The notes under the pieces: model-generated
Told to the model about the DNA's origin: nothing
The model's input: the letters and a program-made list of their open reading frames with translations, nothing else
The model's database searches: none
Made by a program: the position numbers and the translations under genes
Part shown: positions 1-8,238 of the stretch, piece by piece
Layout of the letters: every line of letters starts with the position of its first letter
Numbering within the stretch: the first letter of the stretch is position 1
Source: an uncultured Alphaproteobacteria bacterium
GTDB taxonomy: Bacteria; Pseudomonadota; Alphaproteobacteria; Rhizobiales; Beijerinckiaceae
Length of the DNA stretch: 24,000 bases
Reading direction: 5' to 3'
NCBI GenBank assembly: GCA_963764955.1
Contig: CAVXVE010000003.1
Span: forward strand, 625 to 24,624

Positions 1-1
1 C

Positions 2-352
2 CGGCCGCTCGGATTCGTGGCGATCCTCGGCATTCTCGCGCTGGTCGGCATGATCGCGCGCAACGCGGTCATCCTGATCGACCAGATTGAAACAGAGCGT
101 TCGGAAGGCCGCGACATCTGGGACGCGGTGGTCGAGGCGACGCTCTCCCGCTTCCGCCCGATCATGCTGACAGCAATCTCGACCGTGCTGGGCCTGATCC
201 CAATCGCGCCGACCGTGTTCTGGGGACCGATGGCTTTCGCCATCATGGGCGGCTTGTTCGTCGCCACCCTGCTCACGCTGCTCGTGCTGCCGGTCTTCTA
301 CATCACGCTCTACGGCGCGAAGCGACCAGCGGAGGCGGCGGCGGTGGTCTGA
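2..352 (+). CDS. RND-type (AcrB/CzcA family) efflux pump inner-membrane permease, C-terminal fragment; the 5' end lies outside the window
   Basis: ORF 17..352 stays open in frame back to base 2. The sequence GMIARNAVILIDQIE...RFRPIMLTAISTVLGLIPIA...WGPMAFAIMGGLFVATLLTLLVLP matches the conserved last transmembrane helices of RND permeases. Confidence 0.85.
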   Translation, partial: RPLGFVAILGILALVGMIARNAVILIDQIETERSEGRDIWDAVVEATLSRFRPIMLTAISTVLGLIPIAPTVFWGPMAFAIMGGLFVATLLTLLVLPVFYITLYGAKRPAEAAAVV

Positions 353-429
353 AACCAGGGGGCGACGGCGCTCGCCACGTCGCGCGGACGCGCTCCTCGC
401 TCTCCCGAGGACAATCACCACGGCGGACC

Positions 430-2111
430 TCACCGGCTCGCGTATCCCGCCGCTGCCAGGGCGAGCGCGACGGTGAGCAGCGCGAGGCCTGCCGCCGGCC
501 ACTCGCGCAAGCCCCGGTCGGCCCGCTCGAACGCGCCGCCGAGCCGCAACGAGGCCCGGAATGCGCCCTCCTCTGCGACGATAAGGTCGCCCGCGGGAAT
601 GCGGGGAAGCCGATCCCCCGCCGCCCACAAGACCGCAGCGAGCGCGGCGCCGATGAGGATCGGCCAGAGGGCGGACACAAGCTTGGCGGGTTCGAACGCT
701 TCCGCCGTACTGCCGACGACCGGGAACATCAGCCAGGGGACGACCAGCGCCGCGAGGGCGAGCGCGAGCCATGAGCCCAGGCGCTCGGGCGAGGCCCCGC
801 CCTCGTCTGCGGGCGAGCGCGCGAGCCGCATCACGAAGCAAAGCATGAGCGCCGCGCTGCCAGCCGCGGACAGCGCCGCCGCGACGCCTGCGGCGCCGTC
901 GCCGAACACCCCCTTGACCGCGAGCTTGGCGAGCGCGCCTCCGGTCAGCGGCAGGCCGGCGAGGCTCAAGCCCAGCACCGCGCCCACGATCAGCGCCAGC
1001 GACCGCGCGCGTCCGCCGCGCGCGCCGACCACGCCGATGGTCAAAAACAGGGCGGCCTTCACCAGCACATGGTTGGCGGCGTAGAAGGCGGCGTCGGCAA
1101 GCGCGGCTTTGTCGGCGCCGGCGAGCCCCATGCCGAGCGCCGCGGCGATCACCCCCATCTGGCTCACGCTCGAATAGGCGAGCGTCGTCTTGGGATTGCG
1201 CTGGGTCACGCCGATCGCGACGCCAAAGAAGGCGGAGACGAATCCGAGCCACGCCAGCGCCTCGCCCCAATAGGGCAGGGCCGCGCCGAACGGGAGAAAG
1301 CGGATGAGGCCGATGACCCCCGCTTTGACGGCCGCGCCGCTCAGGACCGCGGCGGCCGGAATGGGGGCGGCCGTATAGGCGAGCGGCATCCAGCCGTGCA
1401 GGGGGACAAGCGCAATCTTCATGCCGAAGCCGACGATGATCAGCGCGAGCGCCGCGTCCCGCCAGGGCGAGGCCGGCAGCGCGGCGACCACGTCGCGGAT
1501 CTGGACGCTGCCGCTCGGCTCGCCTGCCGCCAGCATGACGAAGGCAAGCAGCAGGACCGCCTCGCCGATGAGCGCAAACGCCAGATAGACGCCGCCGGCG
1601 CGGCGCGAGGCGGCGTCCTCGTCGTGTGCGACCAGGTAATAGGCCGGGACGCTGACCAGCGCATAGACGAGATAGAAGGTCAGAAGGTCGGCGGCGATGA
1701 ACACGCCGAAGCTGCCGGCCATCGTGAGCAGCCACGCAACCGCGAAGCGGTCGGCGATGGGCCTGCCCTGCCCCCTTTTGTCGTCGCCGCGATCAGCGAT
1801 CGCGGCTGCAAAGGGGCGCTGGAAGACGACAATGCTGACGATGAGCCAGACGAGCGCCGCCGCGAGGAGCAGGAGGCGCGCCCGGCCGATCGAGCCAGAG
1901 GCTCACGCGCAAAGCCGGCAACTCGACGCCGAACGGCGCGCCGCCGATCGCGAGGATCGCGGCTGCGAGCGCGGGGAGCGCGGCGAGCGGCGTGATCGCC
2001 CGCGCCAGGGCGCGCTGACCGGGGAACGAGAAACAGGGCCAGGACGACGAGCGGCGTGGCCAGCGACAGCGCCAGCAGGCCAGGGCCAAACTGTGCGGCG
2101 AGCCCGGTCAT
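430..2111 (-). pseudogene. NuoL/M/N-MnhD family (Proton_antipo_M) antiporter-like membrane subunit, copy 2; reading frame broken twice (near 2022 and near 1882)
   Basis: Three minus-strand frames join into one colinear protein. The pieces are MTGLAAQFGPGLLALSLATPLVVLALFLV (ATG at 2111), QRALARAITPLAALPALAAAILAIGGAPFGVELPALRVSLWLDRPG, and ARLLLLAAALVWL...MAGSFGVFIAADLLTFYLVYALVSVPAYYLV...PLHGWMPLAYTAAPIPAAAVLSGAAVKAG...LAYSSVSQMG. These motifs are typical of complex I / Mrp antiporter-like subunits. Total length is 1682 nt, which is not a multiple of 3. Confidence 0.8.
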
Positions 2112-3466
2112 TGCAGCGCGAGGCCCGCGGCCGGTCGGCCGATCTGCAGGAAGGCGAAGAACGATTGCGGCGCGAAGGCGAGCAGCAGCGCCACAAGAGC
2201 AAGCGCCAGCGCGACGCTCTCGCGGCTGCGCGCGGGCGCCCTTTTCAGTTCGGGAGTCTTCGCCAGAAAGCGCGGGGCTGAGCACCCGGTAGAGATATCC
2301 GCCCGCCAGCAGCCCGCCTCCCGCCATGACAACCGCCCACACCCATTGGCCGGCCTCGATCGAGGCTTTCATCAGGAGCCACTTGGCGGCGAAGCCGCCG
2401 CTTGGCGGCAGCCCCATGAGCGACAGCCCGCCGAGACCCAGGGCGAGGAACGTGACTGGCATCGCGCGAGCGGCGCCGCCGAGGCCGGCGATGCGGTCGT
2501 GGCCAAGGGATTCGGCGACGAGGCCTGCGGAGAGGAACATCGCCGCCTTGGCGAACGCGTGCGACAGAGCCTGCATCATTCCGCCGGCGAAAGCGTCCGC
2601 CGCCCACGGCCCGTGGCCAAGCGGAAACATGAGGAACAGGTAGCCGATCTGCGCAACGGTCGAATAGGCGATGAGCAGCTTCAGCCGCTCCTGACGCAAC
2701 GCGAGCACGCTGCCGAACAGGATCGCAGCTGAACCGAGGCCGGCGAGAATTACGCCGGGGATCACCACCGGGAGAGGCGCCAGCACGTCGAACCAGAGCC
2801 GGACAACCAGAAAGAACGACCCCTTGACCACCAGGCCCGAGAGCATGGCGCTGGCGGGCGCGGGCGCATTGGCGTGGGCCTGGGGCAGCCACAAATGCAG
2901 CGGAAAGAGCGCGGTCTTCGCCAGAAGTCCGGCGGTCATTAGTCCGGCCGCTAACCATACAGCGGGTTGGGCTCGGATACGCTCGGAGAGGAGGACGATA
3001 TCGAGTGTGCCATAGGCCCCGTAGAGCAAGGCCACACCCAGAAGATAGAACACCGAGCCGAACAGCGCGAACAGAAGATAGCGCAACGCCGCTGCGATCG
3101 TCTCGGGCGCCCGTCGAGACAAACCAGCGGAACGGCGGCGAAAGTGAGGAGCTCGAGCCCGACATAGAGATTGAACAAGTCCCCGCCCAGGAAAAGCAGG
3201 CTCAGGCCCGCCTGGACGCCCTGCAGCAAGGTCCAGAAGACCAGCGGCGCCCGCTTTTCGGTTCCCTGGGGGGTGGCGAAATTGGTCCTCGCGAATAGCC
3301 CGGCGGCCGGTGCGATCAGCCCGGCCGTCACCAGCATGACGGCCGAAAACCCGTCGGCTCTCAGCGCGATGCCGAGCGGCGGCGCATGGCCGGCGAGGGT
3401 GTAGACGAGCGGGTGGCCGGAGCGCCACACGAGCACGGCGATAACGATCGCGACGCCCAATTCCAC
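2108..3466 (-). pseudogene. NuoL/M/N-MnhD family antiporter-like membrane subunit, copy 1; two compensating frameshifts (near 3105 and near 2270)
   Basis: The N-terminus is in the frame of ORF 2951..3466 (GTG start; ...LYVGLELLTFAAVPLVCLDGRP). The core is in the frame of ORF 1680..3485 (ETIAAALRYLLFALFGSVFYLL...LFPLHLWLPQAHANAPAPASAMLSGLVVKG...LIAYSTVAQIGY...GGYLYRVLSPA). The C-terminus is in the frame of ORF 2108..2332 (FLAKTPELKRAPARSRESVALALALVALLLAFAPQSFFAFLQIGRP...Q stop). The stop overlaps the ATG of copy 2 as ATGA at 2108-2111. Total length is 1359 nt, a multiple of 3. Confidence 0.8.
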
Positions 3467-3852
3467 CGACGTGCGACTGCGTCATCGACCGTCACGAACA
3501 GGCTGGCGCCATCGCGACGACATGCCGGGATATAAACACAGAACGTCAGGTCAGCCCGCGACGCGTGCATCGACGGGCGTCGCCTGCCGAGGATGGGAAG
3601 AGGTGAACTGATTCCGCTGCGGCGTCAGCCATTGAGGCCTCGCGCGAGCTTAGCCCGTTGTTTTTCCGAAGATATAATGGATCGGCCGGGATCGCTTGAC
3701 CGTCAGGTGTTCGACCCTGGTGTGAGCACCCTCGATCTCGTGTTTCATGAGCCGTCCGGGCGTGCCAGTAGTCGGTTCCCCTGAAACGTCAAACCCGGCT
3801 CCTGGCCGCATGACCCACGCGGCGCGCCTGCCAACCGAAGCGAAGCGACACC

Positions 3853-4639
3853 ATGATGAACGACGTCCTTACCGAATCGGACCGTGTCCGGCGCCTGTTT
3901 CGCGAGCGGTTCACGTTCCAGATTTCTCTCGACACTCCCCACGTGTCGCAGGGGCTGGCGGTGGCGGAAGCGGCGCTTGCGGCCGGCGTGACCATTCTGG
4001 AGCTCGGGACGCCGCTCCTGAAATATGAGGGCGTCCGCAACGTTGCGCCGATCTTCCGGCAGCGCTTCCCCAAGGCGTTGCTGCTTGCGGACATGAAGAC
4101 CATGGACGGCGGCGAGGGCGAGGCGACCGCGGTCTTCAGCGGCGGCGCCAACGTCATCGACTTTCTTGCGCTGGCGGGCGAGGCGACGGCCAAAGCCGTG
4201 TGCGCTGCGCGCGATGCGTTCCGTGAGGCCGATCCGGCGATCCCGAGGCTCGCCTTCGCTGACGTGCTTTTGCCCATGCAGGGACCGGCAGGGCCGGCGG
4301 TTGAGACGGCGAAGCGCATGCTCGACGCCGGCGTGGATGGCGTCGGCGTTCACCTGCAATACGACGCCCGACGGGCCGATCCCGCCCTGTTTCAGGGCGG
4401 CTATCTGCATGACGTGGCGTCCGCGGTTTTCGACAGCGTGGGCGCAAGCGCATCCGTGCAGGTGGTGGGCGGCCTCAGCGCCGCGCAGGCCGCTCGCCTT
4501 GGCGCGCAAAGGCCTGCGCGCTTTCGTCATCAGCGGCAATCTCGGCGTGGCCGACGCCAAATCGCGTTATGGCCTGCCGGGCGCCGAGATCGAACGCCAT
4601 ATCCGCGATTTCATCGGCCAGGTTTCCGCCGCCGGCTGA
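3853..4639 (+). pseudogene. 3-hexulose-6-phosphate synthase-like protein (OMP decarboxylase / HUMPS family); one frameshift near 4492
   Basis: The motif order ILELGTPLLKYEG ... LLADMKTMDGGEGEA ... VGVHLQYD ... VQVVGGLSAAQA parallels HPS/KGPDC-type OMPdecase-fold enzymes. The C-terminus continues in the frame of ORF 4166..4639 (LALARKGLRAFVISGNLG...GQVSAAG stop). Length is 787 nt (3n+1). Confidence 0.7.
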
Positions 4640-4644
4640 ACGGC

Positions 4645-5229
4645 TCACCAGGTCGAAAACTTCCGCTCAACCCCTTTGAGGAAACGGATGCGCCGCGGCA
4701 GCGTCGTGTGGTCCATGTCGTAGTGGGCGAGATAGTCGCAAGGCGCGCCCGGAGCGCAAGTGAGGCGCAGCGTGCGTTTCATGAACCGGCGCGGCGGGTC
4801 GCCCATGAGATAGGTGGTCAGACGGTTCCCGCCATAGGTGCAGACGGCGCCGAGCCGCCTGATATTGTGGAGGTGGGGGACGTAGGCGCCTTCCCCACTC
4901 AGGTTGAAGCTGACCCCGGGCAGGAACACTTTGTCGACGAAGCCCTTGAGGATCGCCGGAAAGCCCATGTTCCAGACCGGAAAGGAAAAGACGAGGGCGT
5001 CAGCCTTGAGCAATCGCTCCACGTAGGGGGCGACGCGCCGCCGGTTTACGGCCGTATCGTAATAGGCGACGCGGTCCTGGCGGGTCATGACCGGATCGAA
5101 CCCTTCGGCATTGAGGTCGCAATCGTCGACTGCGTGGCCGCGCGCACGCAGGGTCTCGACGACGGTCGTGTGCAGGCCGGCGGCGAAGCTGGTCTCGACA
5201 GGATGGGCGAAGAGGACCAGCACGCGCAA
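4645..5229 (-). CDS. Flavodoxin-like fold NAD(P)H dehydrogenase (quinone) (Flavodoxin_2, KefF/MdaB-like)
   Basis: Intact 194-aa ORF with N-terminal MRVLVLFAHP and the FSFPVWNMGFPAILKGFVDKV motif typical of this family. It has a TTG start with GGAGA 6 nt upstream. It converges on the HPS-like gene with only 5 bp between the stops. Confidence 0.8.
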   Translation of the reverse strand: MRVLVLFAHPVETSFAAGLHTTVVETLRARGHAVDDCDLNAEGFDPVMTRQDRVAYYDTAVNRRRVAPYVERLLKADALVFSFPVWNMGFPAILKGFVDKVFLPGVSFNLSGEGAYVPHLHNIRRLGAVCTYGGNRLTTYLMGDPPRRFMKRTLRLTCAPGAPCDYLAHYDMDHTTLPRRIRFLKGVERKFSTW

Positions 5230-5745
5230 AACGGTTCTCCATTTATCACGTTGTCATTTAGGTAGATCCGGGGCCCAGTGGCTGCGCCCGTTTTTCACTC
5301 GCTGACCGCCCGGACACAAGCGTACGTTGCAATTGTCTGAGATTGCTCGGCCGCTAAACTCATTTGTCCGGGGAGGGAGCCCCGACATGACAGCAAATCT
5401 CGCGCGGGCCCTCTCCACCGAGATATACCATTAAAAACAAAAACTACTTGACAACCAAATGGTTGCAATTACCGTAGCCGCCCGGTGCTAGCGCTGCAAT
5501 CCAATCGGTAGGTAGTTCTACCCATTGCCAATGTCGGTTTGGGACATATCCATGTCTTATCTCAAGGGGATCCCGTGCTTCATAGGTGCGAAGGGCGCGA
5601 AGGGTCCATGGCGTATTAGCGGGCGAGTTGCGGCCACCCCACACTCTCAATGACCAAATGATTGTTCTTACAGCCGTCGCACTTCTCATGCGGCCGCAAA
5701 TCCAGGGCTAGAGGAAATTCAAAGATGAGCAGCGGTCTCACGACC

Positions 5746-8238
5746 ATCGAGTCATCCGGCACAACCACTCTGCTGACTGACGGGACCTACTACTATTTTC
5801 AGATTGGCGACGGGCCGGCGGTCGAGCTCAGCTATAACGGGGCGCCGGTCACCGTCGGTCAGTTTGGCGCCTGGACTCCGATCGCAGTGCAGCAGACGGC
5901 GACCGGCTATGAGGTGGCCCTGGAGGAGTGGGCGCCAATCACTATGGGGTGTGGAACACTGACGCGAGCGGCAATTTCGTCTCGGGTCCGATCAGCAACG
6001 TATCGGGAACGAGCGCCGCGCTGGAGTCGATCGAGGCCGGTTTCAATGATGATTTGAACGGCGACGGGATCATCGGCGTTCCTCTTCCGTCCAATACGAG
6101 CGTGATCGAGGCGTCCGGCACGGCCGAGCCTCCTGACGGACGGGACCTACTTATTATCTCCGGACCGGCGCCGGGCCGGCAGTCTACCTGAGCTATGGCG
6201 GCGCGCCCGTTCACGGCCGGTGAATTCGGCGCCTGGACTTTTATCGCGGCGCAGCAGACGGCGACCGGCTATGAGGTGGCCTTAAAGGATGGAAGCGCCG
6301 ACCAGTATGGGGTGTGGGACACTGACGCTAGCGGCAATTTCGTCTCGGGTCCGATCAGCAACGTATCGGGAACGAACGCCGCGTTGGAGTCGATCGAGAC
6401 CAGTTTCAACTATGATCTGAACGGCGACGGGATCATCGGCGTTCCGTCCGGCGGGACGGGCGGAACGACCGGCGGTTCCTGACGCTGATCGAGTCGTCGG
6501 GCACGACCAGCCTGCTGACCGACGGGACCGACTATTATCTTCAGCCGAATGGCGGAGCGGCGGTCGAGCTGAGCTACGACGGGTCGCCGGTTGTGGCCGG
6601 TGAGTTCGGCGCCTGGACCCCGATCGCGGCGCAGCAGACTTCGACCGGCTATGAGGTGGCCCTGAAGGACGGGAGCGCCGATCTCTATGGGGTGTGGGAT
6701 ACCGACAGTAGCGGCAATTGGACCTCAGCGCCGATCAGCAACGTATCGGGAACGAACGCCGCGCTGGAGTCGATCGAGACCAGTTTCAACTATGATCTGA
6801 ACGGCGACGGGACGATCGGGCCTCCCCGCTCCGGCGTAATCGAGTCGAACGGCTCGATGAGCCTGCTGACGGACGGGACCAATTACCTGCTCAAGCCGAA
6901 CGGCGGGGCAACGGTCCTGCTGAGCTACGGCGGGTCGCCCGTCACGGTCGGCCAATTTGGCGGCTGGACGCCGGTCGCCGCGACACAAACCGGGACCGGG
7001 TATGAAGTGGCTTTGAAGCTGGCGGGCTCCGATCAATTCACGATGTGGAACCTCGACAGCAGCGGCAATTACCTCTCGAGCGCCTTCAACACGGCGCTGG
7101 GATCGAGCGCCCAGCTGGAATCGTACGAGCCAAGCTTTCAACTATGATCTGAACGGCGACGGGACGCTTGGCATTCCCGCCGCCTCGCTCACGGCGATCG
7201 AGTCGTCCGGCACGACCAGCCTGCTGACGGACGGGACGGACTTTTTTCTTGAACCCGCTGGCGGGTCCCCGATCTCCTGAGTTCTGCCGGGTCGCCTGTC
7301 ACGGTCGCTCAACTTGGCGGCTGGAGCCCGATCGCCGCCGAGCAGACGGCGACCGGCTACGAGGTCGCCTTGAAGGCGGGCAGCCAGTATTGGTGTGGGA
7401 CACTGACGCGAGCGGCAACTACCTGTCGACCGCTCTTGGCCCCGTATCGGGAACGAGCGCCGCGTTGTGGTCGGCCGAGACCAGCTTCAACGACGATCTG
7501 AACAGCGACGGGACGATCGGCATTCCCCCGCCGAAAGTGATCGAATCGTCCGGCTCGATGAGCCTGGTGACGGACTGGACGAATTATTATCTCGAGCCCA
7601 ACGGCGGGACGGCGGTCAAGCTGAGCTATAACGGGGCGCCCGTCACCGTCGGTCAATTTGGCGCCTGGACGCCGATCGCGGCGCAGCAGACGGCGACCGG
7701 CTACGAGGTGGCCCTGGAGGAGGTGGGCGCCAATCTCTATGGGGTGTGGGATACGGACGCGAGCGGCAATTTCGTCTCAGGTCCGATCAGCAACGCGTCG
7801 GGAACGAGCGCGGCGCTGGAGTCGATGGAGCTCAGCTTCAACGACGATCTGAACGGCGACGGGACGATCGGCATCCCTGTCCCGTCGAGCGCCACGTTGA
7901 TCGAGTCATCCGGCACGACCAACCTGCTGGCGAGCGGGAACACCTATCTCATCCAGGTGGGGAGCGGCGGCGCGGTTCAGCTGACCTATGGCGGGCAGCC
8001 GGTGGTGTCGGGCGAATTTGGCGGCTTGACCCCGATCGCGGCGCAGCAGACAGCGAGCGGATTTGAGGTCGCCTGGAGGGTTCCCGGCGCCGATCAGTAT
8101 CAGGTATGGAACACCGACAGCGCCGGCAATTACCTCTCAGCCCCTCTCAGCAACGTATCGGGCACCGACCCCGCATTGGTGTCGATGGAGACCAGTTTCA
8201 ACCATGATTTGAACAACGACGGCGTGATCGGCGCTCCT
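5746..8238 (+). repeat. Seven tandem coding repeats, period 343-383 bp
   Basis: The anchor ATCGA(G/A)TC..GGC (IESSG) recurs at 5746, 6105, 6488, 6839, 7197, 7540 and 7900. Every unit ends with the DLN(G/S/N)DG.IG coding sequence. Confidence 0.9.

Noticed and set aside
473-1995. Plus-strand ORFs 473..1084 (203 aa) and 1069..1995 (308 aa), and similar ORFs up to 3404
   Set aside because: They are Arg/Ala/Pro/Gly-rich low-complexity translations lying antisense to the clearly homologous antiporter-like genes. These are typical shadow ORFs of high-GC DNA.
4500-5265. The 470-aa extension of ORF 3853..5265 beyond about 4500
   Set aside because: After the frameshift the frame merely reads antisense through the NAD(P)H dehydrogenase gene. 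The real C-terminus of the HPS-like protein is in the frame of ORF 4166..4639.
5900-7400. Programmed ribosomal frameshifting in the repeat gene
   Set aside because: The shifts go in both directions and occur at different, non-homologous positions within units. They lack a shared slippery heptamer or downstream structure. Several introduce immediate stops in the incoming frame.
5746-8238. CRISPR array or other non-coding tandem repeat
   Set aside because: The period is about 360 bp with no short repeat-spacer structure. The repeats encode a conserved protein module in a traceable reading frame.
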